NCBI GenBank assembly: GCA_049696175.1
Contig: JBAVTL010000503.1
Span: 1 to 35,714 of the forward strand
Length of the DNA stretch: 35,714 nucleotides
Direction: 5' to 3'
Source of the DNA: Anaeromyxobacteraceae bacterium
GTDB taxonomy: Bacteria > Myxococcota > Myxococcia > Myxococcales > Anaeromyxobacteraceae
A model generated the notes under the pieces. That model ran no database searches and was not told the origin of the DNA. It saw only the letters and a program-made list of their open reading frames with translations. Both the position numbers and the translations under genes were made by a program. Shown here in pieces: positions 1 to 9,225 of the stretch; within the stretch, counting starts at the first letter, position 1, and each line of letters begins with the position of its first letter.

Positions 1-1
1 C

Positions 2-553
2 CCCCCCTACGCGCAGATCGAGTTCCTCCCGGCCCGCCTCGCGCTCTCGACCGAGACCGGCAGGCTCGAGGCGCTGGAGGCTTCGCTCGTCCGGGTGACG
101 TCCCTCAACGAGGTCACCCGGTTCGACCGGCGCCCCTCCTGGCGGATGCGCTTCGGCGCCGACCTCCTGAAGGACGGCGGCTGCGAGCGCTGCGTCGCGG
201 CGGTCGGCGAGATGGGCGGCGGCTTCTCGGCGCTCCAGCTCTGGGACGCGCTCGACCTCTACGCGGGCGGCGAGACGGCGCTCGACTGGTCCCCCAGCCT
301 CGACGGCCTCCTCGGCTCGCGCGTCCGCCTGGGCGTGGGCCCCGCCGCGCTCGCGCGGCTCCGGCTGGGCGAGCGGTTCAGCCTGGTCGCAAACGGCCGT
401 TACCGGTTCCTGCCCTACACGACGCTCCACGCGAGCTGGGAGACCGGCGCCGAGGCCCGCGTCCACGTGGGCCGGCGCCTCTCCGTCGCCGCAACGTGGC
501 GCCTCGACCCCACAGACTGGCTCGCCGGGGCGCTCCTGCTCGGCTACTTCTAG
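2..553 (+). CDS. Probable outer-membrane (beta-barrel-like) protein, 5'-truncated by the window edge
   Basis: The frame of ORF 95..553 stays open back to nt 2, so the gene probably starts upstream of the window. Alternating hydrophobic pattern and a C-terminal ...ALLLGYF ending in Phe are typical of OMP barrel termini. Confidence 0.4.
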   Translation, partial: PPYAQIEFLPARLALSTETGRLEALEASLVRVTSLNEVTRFDRRPSWRMRFGADLLKDGGCERCVAAVGEMGGGFSALQLWDALDLYAGGETALDWSPSLDGLLGSRVRLGVGPAALARLRLGERFSLVANGRYRFLPYTTLHASWETGAEARVHVGRRLSVAATWRLDPTDWLAGALLLGYF

Positions 554-636
554 CCGCCAGCGCCGGGTGGAAAGGCGCGCGGGGCTCGGGGTATCATGCG
601 CGCCCCCCTGCAGGCCGTTGGAGAGGCAAAGCGAAG

Positions 637-2244
637 ATGGACAGGAAGCTCCTGAGCGGAGACGAAGCAGTCGCGGCGGCGGCGCTCGACGCCGGCGTAC
701 ACCTGGGGACGGGTTACCCCGGCACCCCATCCACCGAGATCCTGGAGACCTTCAGCACCCTCGGTGGCCGCGCCCAGTGGGCGCCCAACGAGAAGGTCGC
801 GCTCGAGGTCGGGCTCGGTGCCGCTTACGGCGGCGCGCGCGTCATCGTCACGATGAAACACGTCGGCGTGAACGTGGCCGCCGACCCGCTCTTCACGGCG
901 GCCTACACCGGCGTCACCGGCGGCCTCGTGCTCGTCACGGCGGACGACCCGGGCATGGCCTCCTCGCAGAACGAGCAGGACAACAGGCACTACGCCAAGG
1001 CGGCCGGCCTGCCGATGCTGGAGCCGTCCGACTCACAGGAGGCGTACGACCTCGCCCGCGCCGCGTTCGAGCTCTCCGAGCGCTGGCAGCTCCCCGTGAT
1101 GCTGCGGATGACGACGCGCGTCTGCCACGGCAAGTCGATCGTCACCCGGCGCGCCCCCGAGACGCCGAAGGCGCCCCAGTTCGTCCGCGACATCGTGGGG
1201 CGCGTGATGATCCCGGCCTACGCGAAGCCGGCGCACCGGCGCCTCCGCAAGAAGCTCGACAGCCTGCGGGAGTGGGCCGAGTCGTCGCCCTTCGTCGTCG
1301 AGCGCGACGGCGGCACGAAGCTCGGCATCATCACCGCCGGCGTCACCGCCCGCCACGCGCGGGAGGCGGTGCCGGACGCGAGCATGCTCGAGCTGAAGCT
1401 CCTCCACCCGCTCCCCATCGGGCGGATCCGCGCCTTCGCGGCGACGGTCGAGCGCTGCTTCGTCGTCGAGGAGGGCGACCCCTTCCTCGCGGACGCGATC
1501 CGCGCCGCCGGCATCCAGGTCGAGGCCAAGGCGCCGGACTTCCGCTTCGGCGAGATGAACGTCGAGCGGGTCCGTCGCGTCCTGGGGCTCGACACGACGC
1601 CGGAGCCGGTGCCGCCGAAGGGGAAGCCGCCGCAGCTCTGCGAGGCCTGCCCGTACCACCCGGTCTACGCCGCGCTCCGGAAGCTCGACTGCATCGTGGC
1701 CGGCGACATCGGCTGCTACACGCTCGGCGTCCTCCCGCCGTACCAGGGGCTCGACACCTGCGTCGCGATGGGGGCCTCGCTGGGCGTCGGCCTCGGGCTG
1801 CGCCACGTGCTGCCGGAGCAGGACGCCCGGCGCGTCGTCTCGATCATCGGCGACTCGACCTTCGTCCACACCGGCGTGAACGGCCTCATCGAGATGGTCT
1901 ACAACGCCCCGAAGACCGGGCACGTGCTGATCATCCTCGACAACGGCACGACCGCCATGACCGGCCAGCAGGAGCACCCGGGCACCGGCCGCACGCTCGA
2001 CCACGAGCCCGCCGGGAAGCTGTCGCTCGAGGGGCTGGCGCGCGCGCTCGGCGTGAAGAACGTGGACGTGGTCGACCCGGTGAAGGACCCGCCCGGCTTC
2101 CTGAAGCTGCTGGGGGATCGGCTCGCGGTGCCCGAGCTGACCGTCATCATCGCGCGGCGGCCGTGCATCCTCGCCGCCGCCGACATCCGGCACTACGAGC
2201 AGCAGAACGCCGCCAAGTGCAGCGCGCTGGCGGTGGAGGCGTGA
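637..2244 (+). CDS. iorA: Indolepyruvate/arylpyruvate ferredoxin oxidoreductase, alpha subunit
   Basis: ATG at 637 follows GGAGAGG (620-626). N-terminus reads MDRKLLSGDEAVAAAALDAGVHLGTGYPGTPSTEILE. PPQLCEACPYHP Cys cluster and a TPP-type GDSTFVHTG motif are present. Followed by iorB with ATGA-style overlap. Confidence 0.9.
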   Translation: MDRKLLSGDEAVAAAALDAGVHLGTGYPGTPSTEILETFSTLGGRAQWAPNEKVALEVGLGAAYGGARVIVTMKHVGVNVAADPLFTAAYTGVTGGLVLVTADDPGMASSQNEQDNRHYAKAAGLPMLEPSDSQEAYDLARAAFELSERWQLPVMLRMTTRVCHGKSIVTRRAPETPKAPQFVRDIVGRVMIPAYAKPAHRRLRKKLDSLREWAESSPFVVERDGGTKLGIITAGVTARHAREAVPDASMLELKLLHPLPIGRIRAFAATVERCFVVEEGDPFLADAIRAAGIQVEAKAPDFRFGEMNVERVRRVLGLDTTPEPVPPKGKPPQLCEACPYHPVYAALRKLDCIVAGDIGCYTLGVLPPYQGLDTCVAMGASLGVGLGLRHVLPEQDARRVVSIIGDSTFVHTGVNGLIEMVYNAPKTGHVLIILDNGTTAMTGQQEHPGTGRTLDHEPAGKLSLEGLARALGVKNVDVVDPVKDPPGFLKLLGDRLAVPELTVIIARRPCILAAADIRHYEQQNAAKCSALAVEA

Positions 2245-2732
2245 TGGCACGCAAGGTGATGAACGTCATCCTCGCCGGGCTCGGCGGGCAGGGGGTGATC
2301 AAGGCCTCCAACATCCTCGCCGACGCCGCCTTCCGCGACGGCCGCGACGTCAAGAAGGCGGAGGTCCACGGGATGAGCCAGCGCGGCGGCTCCGTGACGA
2401 CCGACGTCCGCTTCGGCGACGAGGTCCTCTCGCCGATGATCCCGTGGGGCGAGGCCGACTTCATCGTGGTCTGCGCGCCGAGCGAGGTGGAGGTGGTCCG
2501 GCCGCTCCTCCGGCCGGGCGGCCTGCTGATCGCCCCTGACTTCGTCGACGAGGCGAAGCTCGGGAACAAGCGGAGCCTCAACGTGGCCTTGCTCGGCGCC
2601 CTCTCGCACCACCTCGACATCCCCGAGGAGCGCTGGGGCGAGGCGATCAACGCCGGGCTGCCGACGCACCTCCACGACGTGAACGCCCAGGCCTTCCGGC
2701 TCGGCCGGGAGACCGCTGCCGCGCGCAAGTAG
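2244..2732 (+). CDS. iorB: Indolepyruvate ferredoxin oxidoreductase, beta subunit
   Basis: ATG at 2244 overlaps the iorA stop (gtgATGgca). MARKVMNVILAGLGGQGVIKASNILADAAF...VHGMSQRGGSVTTDVRFGDEV is the characteristic IorB/gamma-domain signature. Only the last 163 codons of track ORF 567..2732 are real. Confidence 0.88.
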   Translation: MARKVMNVILAGLGGQGVIKASNILADAAFRDGRDVKKAEVHGMSQRGGSVTTDVRFGDEVLSPMIPWGEADFIVVCAPSEVEVVRPLLRPGGLLIAPDFVDEAKLGNKRSLNVALLGALSHHLDIPEERWGEAINAGLPTHLHDVNAQAFRLGRETAAARK

Positions 2733-2791
2733 CACGCCCACGCCCTGCCGGGCGCCGACCGCGGCCCGGGACGCACACCAAGGAGGAGCCC

Positions 2792-4117
2792 TTGAAGAGC
2801 CAGTGGAACGACGCCCCGGGTGGCTTTCACCCAGCCAGCGCGCCCGACTTCCTGCCGCGCGCCCAGCTCCAGACGCTCCAGCTCGGCCGGCTCCAGGCGA
2901 CGGTCACCCGCGCGTACGAGAAGGTCCCGCTCTTCCGCGAGCGCATGAACGCGCGCAACCTGGGCCCTGGCGACATCAAGGCGCTCCCGGACATCGCGAA
3001 GCTGCCGTTCACGGTCAAGGCAGACCTCCGCGACACCTACCCGTTCGGCCTCTTCGCGAGCCCGATGGAGGAGGTGGTCCGGCTCCACGCCTCCTCCGGC
3101 ACGACGGGCAAGCCCATCGTCGTCGCCTACACCGAGGCCGACCTCCAGGTCTGGACCAGCGTCATGGTCCGCGCCTTCGCCGCGTGCGGGCTCCACAGGG
3201 GCGACGTCCTCCAGAACGCGTACGGCTACGGCCTCTTCACGGGGGGGCTCGGCGCGCACTACGGCGGCGAGGCGCTGGGCGCGACCGTGATCCCGATCTC
3301 CGGCGGCAACACCGAGCGTCAGCTGATGGTCCTGCAGGACTTCGGCGTCACCGCCGTGAGCTGCACGCCCAGCTACTTCATCCACCTCATCGAGAAGGCG
3401 CGCGAGGCGAAGATCGGCTTCGGCAAGCTCAGGGTGGGCGTCTTCGGCGCCGAGCCCTGGAGCGAGGAGATGCGCCAGTACATCCAGGCGGAGTCGGGCA
3501 TCAAGGCGTTCGACATCTACGGCCTCTCCGAGATCACCGGCCCGGGCGTCGGCATCGAGTGCCACCAGCAGCACGGGCCGCACATCTTCGAGGACCACTT
3601 CTACCCGGAGATCGTCGACCCGGCGACGGGCGACCCGCTGCCGGACGGGACGGAGGGCGAGCTCGTGCTCACGACCCTCTCCAAGCAGGCGATGCCGATG
3701 ATCCGCTACCGGACGCGCGACATCTCCTCGATCGACGCGGAGCCCTGCGGCTGCGGCCGGACGCTCCGCCGGATCCGGCGCATCGGCCGGCGCTCCGACG
3801 ACATGTTCATCATCCGCGGCGTCAACGTCTTCCCGTCGCAGGTCGAGACCGCGCTCCTCAAGGTGGAGGGGACGCTGCCGCACTACCAGATCATCCTCAC
3901 CCGCGAGCAGGGGCTCGACACCATGGAGGTGCAGATCGAGGTCACGCCGGAGTTCTTCTCCGACAAGATCAGCGCCCTCGAGAGCCTGCAGCGGAAGCTG
4001 GCGGACGCCGTCGAGCACGTGCTCGGGCTCCGCGTGAAGGTCACGCTCGTCGAGCCGCGCACGCTGGCGCGGAGCGAGGGCAAGGCGAAGCGCGTCGTGG
4101 ACAAGCGGAAGATCTAA
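2792..4117 (+). CDS. paaK: Phenylacetate-CoA ligase family (AMP-forming aryl-acid CoA ligase), paralog 1
   Basis: TTG start at 2792, 5 nt after AAGGAGG (2780-2786). Motifs LPFTVKADLRDTYPFGLFA, SSGTTGKP, YGLSE and DDMFIIRGVNVFPSQVE are present. Confidence 0.9.
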   Translation: MKSQWNDAPGGFHPASAPDFLPRAQLQTLQLGRLQATVTRAYEKVPLFRERMNARNLGPGDIKALPDIAKLPFTVKADLRDTYPFGLFASPMEEVVRLHASSGTTGKPIVVAYTEADLQVWTSVMVRAFAACGLHRGDVLQNAYGYGLFTGGLGAHYGGEALGATVIPISGGNTERQLMVLQDFGVTAVSCTPSYFIHLIEKAREAKIGFGKLRVGVFGAEPWSEEMRQYIQAESGIKAFDIYGLSEITGPGVGIECHQQHGPHIFEDHFYPEIVDPATGDPLPDGTEGELVLTTLSKQAMPMIRYRTRDISSIDAEPCGCGRTLRRIRRIGRRSDDMFIIRGVNVFPSQVETALLKVEGTLPHYQIILTREQGLDTMEVQIEVTPEFFSDKISALESLQRKLADAVEHVLGLRVKVTLVEPRTLARSEGKAKRVVDKRKI

Positions 4118-4132
4118 CCAAGGGGGGTCGCC

Positions 4133-4579
4133 ATGAAGATCCGTCAGCTCTCGCTCTTCCTAGAGAACCGCCCCGGCCAGCTCCGGGTCCCCTTCAAGGT
4201 GCTGGGCGACGCCGGGATCGACGTCCTCACCATGTCGCTCGCCGACACGCAGCAGTTCGGGATCCTGCGGCTCGTGGTCAGGGACTGGGCGCGCGCGAAG
4301 CAGGTGCTGGAGGCCGCCGGCTCGGTCGTCAACGTCACCGACCTCATCTCGCTCGACGTCCCCGACCAGCCGGGCGGCCTCGCCACCGTCCTGGAGGCGT
4401 TCGACCGGCTCGGGCTGAGCATCGAGTACATGTACGCCTTCGCGGCCTCACGTGAGCGCGGCGGCTACGCGACGCTGCTCGTGCGGCTCGAGGACCCCGA
4501 CGCCGCGGGGCCCAGGCTCACCGCCGCAGGCGTGAAGCTCGTCGCGGCGGAGGAGCTCTTCAGGCGGCTCGGGGCATAG
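4133..4579 (+). CDS. ACT-domain (small-molecule-binding regulatory) protein
   Basis: MKIRQLSLFLENRPGQL...GIDVLTMSLADTQQFGILRLVV and a second half SLDVPDQPGGLATVLEAF suggest tandem ACT-like beta-alpha-beta-beta-alpha-beta units. Sits between two paaK paralogs. Confidence 0.8.
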   Translation: MKIRQLSLFLENRPGQLRVPFKVLGDAGIDVLTMSLADTQQFGILRLVVRDWARAKQVLEAAGSVVNVTDLISLDVPDQPGGLATVLEAFDRLGLSIEYMYAFAASRERGGYATLLVRLEDPDAAGPRLTAAGVKLVAAEELFRRLGA

Positions 4580-4586
4580 GAAGAAC

Positions 4587-5906
4587 GTGGCCGACTTCGC
4601 GTACGAAGACCGGATCTGGGATCCGGCGGAGACCCTCTCACGCGCCGAGCTCCGGGTGCTGCAGGGCGCGCGGCTCGCCGACACCCTGCGCCGCGCCGCG
4701 ACGATCCCGTTCTACCGTGACGCGCTCGCGCGCGCCGGCGTGGAGCCGGGGTCGATCCGCTCCCCCGACGACGTGCGCCGCCTCCCCTTCACGGTGAAGG
4801 ACGACCTCCGGGCGAACTACCCGTTCGGCATGCTCGCGGTCCCGCGCGCCGCGCTGGCGCGCGTCCATGGCTCGTCGGGCACGACGGGCAGGCCCACCTT
4901 CGTCGCGTACACGAAGCGCGACCTCGAGACCTGGTCCGGGCTCTGCGCCCGCTTCCTCACCGCCGGCGGCCTGCGCCCGGAGCACCTCGTCCACATCGCC
5001 TTCGGCTACGGCCTCTTCACCGGCGGCTTCGGGCTCCACTACGGCGTCGAGCGGGTCGGCGCGGCCGTGGTCCCGGCGGCCGGCGGGAACACGCCGCGAC
5101 AGGTGCTGCTGATCCGCGACCTCGGCGCCGAGGTCCTGGTCTGCACCCCCTCCTACGCGCTCCACATCGGGGAGGTGGCGCGCGAGCAGGGCTTCGGCCC
5201 CGGCCAGCTCCCGCTGCGCTACGGCCACTTCGGCGGCGAGCCCTGGACGGACGAGCTGAGGCTGGAGATCGAGCGGCAGCTCGGGATCCTGGCGTTCAAC
5301 AACTACGGCCTCTCGGAGGTGATCGGCCCCGGCGTCGCGGGCGAGTGCCCCGCCCGGAGCGGGATGCACGTCCAGGAGGACCACTTCATCGTGGAGTGCG
5401 TGGACCCGGTCACGCTGGAGCCGGTGCGCGACGGCGAGGTGGGCGAGCTCGTCTTCACGTCGCTGACCAAGGAGGCGAACCCGATCCTCCGGTACCGGAC
5501 GCGCGACCTCGCGGCGCTCGACCGGTCCCCCTGCCCGTGCGGCCGCACGGGCGTGCGGATGGGGCGCGTCGTCGGCCGCTCCGACGACATGTTCATCGTC
5601 CGCGGCGTCAACGTCTTCCCCTCCCAGGTCGAGGAGGCGCTGCTCCGCGTCGAGGGGACGGCCCCCCACTACCTCATCGAGATCTCCCGCCCAGGCGCGC
5701 TCGACGAGGTGGCGGTGAGGGTGGAGATCCGGCCCGGCGAGTTCTCAGACGAGATGCGCCACATGATCGCGCTCCACGAACGGATCGACCGTGAGATCCA
5801 CACGGTCACCGGGATCCGGATGCGTGTGGAGCTGGTTGCGCCGGGCTCGCTCGAGCGCTCCCCCGGCAAGGCGAAGCGGGTCGTCGATCACCGCAAGCCC
5901 GCGTAG
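4587..5906 (+). CDS. paaK: Phenylacetate-CoA ligase family, paralog 2
   Basis: GTG start at 4587 after AGGAAG. LPFTVKDDLRANYPFGMLA, SSGTTGRP, YGLSE and DDMFIVRGVNVFPSQVE. Colinear with paralog 1 over its full length. Confidence 0.9.
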   Translation: MADFAYEDRIWDPAETLSRAELRVLQGARLADTLRRAATIPFYRDALARAGVEPGSIRSPDDVRRLPFTVKDDLRANYPFGMLAVPRAALARVHGSSGTTGRPTFVAYTKRDLETWSGLCARFLTAGGLRPEHLVHIAFGYGLFTGGFGLHYGVERVGAAVVPAAGGNTPRQVLLIRDLGAEVLVCTPSYALHIGEVAREQGFGPGQLPLRYGHFGGEPWTDELRLEIERQLGILAFNNYGLSEVIGPGVAGECPARSGMHVQEDHFIVECVDPVTLEPVRDGEVGELVFTSLTKEANPILRYRTRDLAALDRSPCPCGRTGVRMGRVVGRSDDMFIVRGVNVFPSQVEEALLRVEGTAPHYLIEISRPGALDEVAVRVEIRPGEFSDEMRHMIALHERIDREIHTVTGIRMRVELVAPGSLERSPGKAKRVVDHRKPA

Positions 5907-5915
5907 CGGGCTCCC

Positions 5916-5940
5916 CCCTCTCCCGCACCGCGGGAGAGGG
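5916..5940. terminator. GC-rich hairpin between convergent genes (bidirectional terminator candidate)
   Basis: ccctctcccgc (5916-5926) pairs perfectly with gcgggagaggg (5930-5940): 11-bp stem, 3-nt loop, 10 nt after the paaK2 stop. Confidence 0.6.
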
Positions 5941-5982
5941 CAGGGGTGAGGGCCGCTGGCCAAGTCCACGCGCTCGAGCGCG

Positions 5983-6417
5983 CTACTTCGTGATCGTCAC
6001 GCGCCGAACACCCTCGGTGTTGGCTCCGGCGGAGACGTAGCCGACAGCACCCGGGGTCTCGCGGACGTAGGCGAGGACCTCGGCGTCCGAGCGCTTCTCC
6101 GGCGGCGGGACCGCGCGCCCCGAGAAGACAGACTGCGTCCAGTACTGCTCGATCGCCCCCATGGAGCGGCCGAGGATCTCCTTCGTGAAGGCCGCCCGCA
6201 CGGGGGAACCCTTCGCGAGGTCGACCGGCTTCACGTGGTCGCCGCCCGGCCACTGGGTCGTGCTGCGAAGAAAGAGCCGGCTGGCCTCCGAGCGGGTGAG
6301 GCTCGCCTTCGCGACGCCCGAGTTGACGACCACCACGAACTCGGAGGCTGCCGACGTGGCCGGCAGGACGAAGGCGAGGAGGAGCCCCAGCCAGGCGAGC
6401 GAGCGAATGCGCCACAT
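5983..6417 (-). CDS. Short secreted PstS/PBP-like (phosphate-binding-protein fold) domain protein
   Basis: Likely start is MWRIRSLAWLGLLLAFVLPATSAASE (signal peptide) at 6417, not 6456. C-terminal AEVLAYVRETPGAVGYVSAG resembles PBP_like_2 periplasmic phosphate-binding domains. Only about 145 aa, so a single lobe. Confidence 0.55.
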   Translation of the reverse strand: MWRIRSLAWLGLLLAFVLPATSAASEFVVVVNSGVAKASLTRSEASRLFLRSTTQWPGGDHVKPVDLAKGSPVRAAFTKEILGRSMGAIEQYWTQSVFSGRAVPPPEKRSDAEVLAYVRETPGAVGYVSAGANTEGVRRVTITK

Positions 6418-6484
6418 CGAGTCATCTCTCCGACAGCGGCTGGTCCGTCGGGCCATCCCGCGCTTCCCGCTGTGGGGGCGAAAG

Positions 6485-6775
6485 CTACTCCGTCTCCCGA
6501 CGCCCGTCGATCACCGCCTGCACTGTCAGGCACGGCTCTCTCGGGGCGCGCAGCAACTCCACCACCTCGGCAGGCGCGAGCAGCTTCCCCGCCGACACCA
6601 CCTTGCCGTCGACCGCGAGCGCCGGCGTGGACATCACCTTGAACTTCATGATCTCGCGGACGTCCTCGACCTTCTCGACCGACACGCCGAGCCCCAGCTC
6701 CGCGACGGCCTTCTCGACGTTCGCGGTGAGCTGCTTGCACTTCGCGCAGCCCGTCCCGAGCACCTGGATCTTCAT
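6485..6775 (-). CDS. Small thioredoxin-fold 'redox-active disulfide protein 2' family protein
   Basis: MKIQVLGTGCAKCKQL has the CxxC motif at the N-terminus. STPALAVDGKVV is present. Sits immediately downstream of a DUF318-type permease, the usual partner. Confidence 0.8.
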   Translation of the reverse strand: MKIQVLGTGCAKCKQLTANVEKAVAELGLGVSVEKVEDVREIMKFKVMSTPALAVDGKVVSAGKLLAPAEVVELLRAPREPCLTVQAVIDGRRETE

Positions 6776-6788
6776 CGCCCCCGCCTCC

Positions 6789-7898
6789 TCAGAGCACCGC
6801 GTTGAACAACCAGCCCACCGCCAGGATCCCGCTCGCCACCACGCCGACGAAGGTCGCGATGAGCTTCGGCTTGAGCACCTTGCGCAGGATGATCATCTCC
6901 GGAAGGGAGAGGGCGATGACCGCCATCATGAAGGCGAGCACCGTCCCGAGCGCCGCCCCCTTGCCGAGCAGCGCCTCGACCACGGGGATGATCCCGGCGG
7001 CGTTCGAGTACATCGGGACTCCGATGAGGACCGCGACCGGCACCGACCACCAGGCGGACTTGCCCATGAAGCTGACGAGCAGCCCCTCGGGCACGTAGCC
7101 GTGGATGCCGGCCCCGACGGCGATCCCCCCGAGCACCCACGGCCAGACCTTGCCGACGATCTCGCGGACCGCCTCGAGCCCCTTCCGCACGCGGCCGGTG
7201 AAGCCGAGCCGCTCCTTCTCGTAGCCCGCGCTGGCGTTCATCGACTCGTAGACCCACGGCTCGACCCAGCGCTCCAGCTTCAGCCGGCCGAGGACGAACC
7301 CCGACACGATGGCGATCGCGAGCCCCGTGGACAGATAGAGCGCCGCGACCTTCCAGCCGAAGAGGCCGAAGAGGAGGACGAGCGCGACCTCGTTCACCAT
7401 CGGGGCGGAGATGAGGAAGGAGAGCGTCACGCCGAGCGGGATCCCCACCTCGACGAAGCCGATGAAGAGCGGCACCGCCGAGCAGGAGCAGAAGGGGGTC
7501 ACGATCCCCAGGAGCGCCGCCAGCACGTTTCCGACCGACTCCCGCTTCCCGGCGAGGATGGCGCGCGTCCGCTCCGGCGTGAAGAAGGACCGCGCGATCC
7601 CGACGAGGAAGACGATGAGCGTCAGGAGCAGCAGCACCTTCGGCGTGTCGTAGAGGAAGAACGCGACGCTCTCGCCGAGGTGCGAGCCGGGCGTGAGGCC
7701 GAGAGCCCGGAAGCTGAGCCACTCGGACAGCGGCTTCACGGCTGCGTAGGCAGCGGCCCAGGCGCCAAGGCCGAGCGCGAGGAGGACGGCCGTCACAGGC
7801 GCGCGGGACTCCGGCGGGGGCCCTGGCTTCGGGTTCGTGTACGGGTTGGCGCAGCACTGCGGCTGCTGGGTGGGCTGCTCGATCACCTTGAGGCTCAT
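6789..7898 (-). CDS. DUF318/ArsP-type permease (putative organoarsenical or metalloid efflux permease)
   Basis: Polytopic membrane protein with the TPFCSCSAVPLF motif and Cys-rich N-terminal tail (QCCANPY). Paired with the small CxxC protein and lies next to ars genes. Confidence 0.78.
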   Translation of the reverse strand: MSLKVIEQPTQQPQCCANPYTNPKPGPPPESRAPVTAVLLALGLGAWAAAYAAVKPLSEWLSFRALGLTPGSHLGESVAFFLYDTPKVLLLLTLIVFLVGIARSFFTPERTRAILAGKRESVGNVLAALLGIVTPFCSCSAVPLFIGFVEVGIPLGVTLSFLISAPMVNEVALVLLFGLFGWKVAALYLSTGLAIAIVSGFVLGRLKLERWVEPWVYESMNASAGYEKERLGFTGRVRKGLEAVREIVGKVWPWVLGGIAVGAGIHGYVPEGLLVSFMGKSAWWSVPVAVLIGVPMYSNAAGIIPVVEALLGKGAALGTVLAFMMAVIALSLPEMIILRKVLKPKLIATFVGVVASGILAVGWLFNAVL

Positions 7899-7908
7899 CG
7901 GCTCGCTC

Positions 7909-8610
7909 TCAGATCACGGTGTGGACGAAGTAGAGGCCGCCCGCGATGACAGCGAGTCCGGCGATCACGCGCAGCGCGGAGACCGCGCGGGCGCCGCCCC
8001 TCCAGGCCAGCCAGCGCTGGACGTTCTGCGCGGAGGCGCCAGCAGCCACGATGGCCAGCGAGTGGCCGAGGCCGTACAGCGAGACCAGGAGCACGCCGTA
8101 GAGGGCGCGCTCCGCCCCGGCCCGGAAGGCGAGCCCGAGGAGCGGCGCCATGAAGGCGAAGGTGCAGGGCCCTAGCGCGGCGCCGAAGAGGAGACCCAGC
8201 AGCAGCGCCCCGACCGCGCCCCGCTGGCGCGGCGAGCCGCCGGGCGCGGACCAGCTCGGCAACTGGAGGACGCCGACCAGGTTGAGCCCCACCGCGATGA
8301 AGACCGCGGCGAGCGCCCAGGTCCCCCCGCGCCCCACGTCGCCCACCATGCGCCCCGCGGCCGCGGTCGCGGCGCCGACGGCGGCGATGGAGCCGAGGAT
8401 TCCGAGCGCGAAGGCCCCTGAGAGCACCACCGCCCTTCGCCCGGTCGGCAGCTCGTCGCCGCCGCTCATGTACGCGACGACGAGCGGGATGCTCGAGAGG
8501 TGGCAAGGGCTCAAGACGACCGACAGGACTCCCCACGCGAACGCCGCCGGGAGGGCGAGCGCAGCGGAGGCCTCGAAGGCCCGGCCGAAGGCGGTCAGGA
8601 GCTCGACCAT
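7909..8610 (-). CDS. ccdA: CcdA/DsbD-family transmembrane thiol-disulfide electron transporter
   Basis: Likely start MVELLTAFG at 8610 (ATG, preceded by GAAAGG, 8 nt after the upstream gene's stop). SVVLSPCHLSSIP and LGPCTFAFMAP are the two conserved Cys-containing TM motifs. Confidence 0.85.
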   Translation of the reverse strand: MVELLTAFGRAFEASAALALPAAFAWGVLSVVLSPCHLSSIPLVVAYMSGGDELPTGRRAVVLSGAFALGILGSIAAVGAATAAAGRMVGDVGRGGTWALAAVFIAVGLNLVGVLQLPSWSAPGGSPRQRGAVGALLLGLLFGAALGPCTFAFMAPLLGLAFRAGAERALYGVLLVSLYGLGHSLAIVAAGASAQNVQRWLAWRGGARAVSALRVIAGLAVIAGGLYFVHTVI

Positions 8611-8617
8611 GAAAGGC

Positions 8618-9040
8618 TCAGAACGTGAGGCCGTGCGACTGCCACCTGGCGAGGATGTCCTCACGGGACATGAAGCCCATGTGGCGGCTCAGCTCCACGC
8701 CATCGGCCCCGTAGAAGATCTGCGTCGGGATGGCGCGGACGCCGAGGTCCTCGGCCGCCATCCGAGCGTTCTCGAGCTCGTTGATGTCGATGAACTGGAC
8801 CTCCAGGCGCCCCGAGAAGTCCGAACGCAGGCCATCCAGTATCGGCGTCATCGCCTTGCACGGGGCGCACGTGGTCGCCCCGACGTCGACGAGGCGCGGA
8901 AGCCGGGCGCCGCTGGGCACCGGCTGGGCGGTGGCTGGGGTGCTGCCGGCTGGATTCGCTCGCCCGTTGCCGCAGCCTGAGGCGAACGCGACGAGGACCG
9001 CTGCTGCGGCCCAGGGAAGGATGGTACGGCTCGTGCTCAT
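8618..9040 (-). CDS. Periplasmic thioredoxin-like lipoprotein (TlpA/thioredoxin family)
   Basis: Likely start MSTSRTILPWAAAAVLVAFASGC at 9040 (lipobox FASGC). CxxC active site GATTCAPCKAM. Directly upstream of ccdA. Confidence 0.8.
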   Translation of the reverse strand: MSTSRTILPWAAAAVLVAFASGCGNGRANPAGSTPATAQPVPSGARLPRLVDVGATTCAPCKAMTPILDGLRSDFSGRLEVQFIDINELENARMAAEDLGVRAIPTQIFYGADGVELSRHMGFMSREDILARWQSHGLTF

Positions 9041-9177
9041 CGGTCTTGCTCCCTGGAACGCCAAGGGCTGGCGTGGGCGAAGTGACGCCTATCGTCTAGC
9101 ACCGATGAGACGTGGCGCCAACATGAGGGCGCCCGGAAGACCTCCGGCCCCGTGTGAGCAAATGATGACGCCGCTCT

Positions 9178-9190
9178 CGATGATTCATCG
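9178..9190. promoter_or_regulatory. 13-bp perfect palindrome in the divergent arsR / trx-ccdA intergenic region (candidate ArsR operator)
   Basis: cgatga-t-tcatcg at 9178-9190, about 36 nt upstream of the arsR ATG. A related atgatga lies at 9162-9168. The region is locally less GC-rich than the flanks. Confidence 0.3.
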
Positions 9191-9225
9191 CCTTGCGTCG
9201 CCACTCTGGCTATCGTAGAAGGCCG

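Noticed and set aside
567-2243. 5' 1.7 kb of the 721-aa ORF 567..2732
   Set aside because: The translation is an Arg/Pro/Gly/His-rich low-complexity string lying in an alternate frame of the well-supported iorA gene. Only the last 163 codons (iorB, from ATG 2244) look like a real protein.
2147-4018. 623-aa minus-strand ORF antisense to iorB/paaK
   Set aside because: It is a typical high-GC shadow ORF (runs of R, A, D, E, L, G, no recognisable motifs), and the opposite strand carries unambiguous PaaK motifs.
6603-8980. Plus-strand ORFs 6603..7949 (448 aa) and 8150..8980 (276 aa), and minus ORFs 6772..7857 and 7895..8536
   Set aside because: They overlap the permease, CcdA and thioredoxin genes in other frames or strands, and the sequences are charged or low complexity without motifs.
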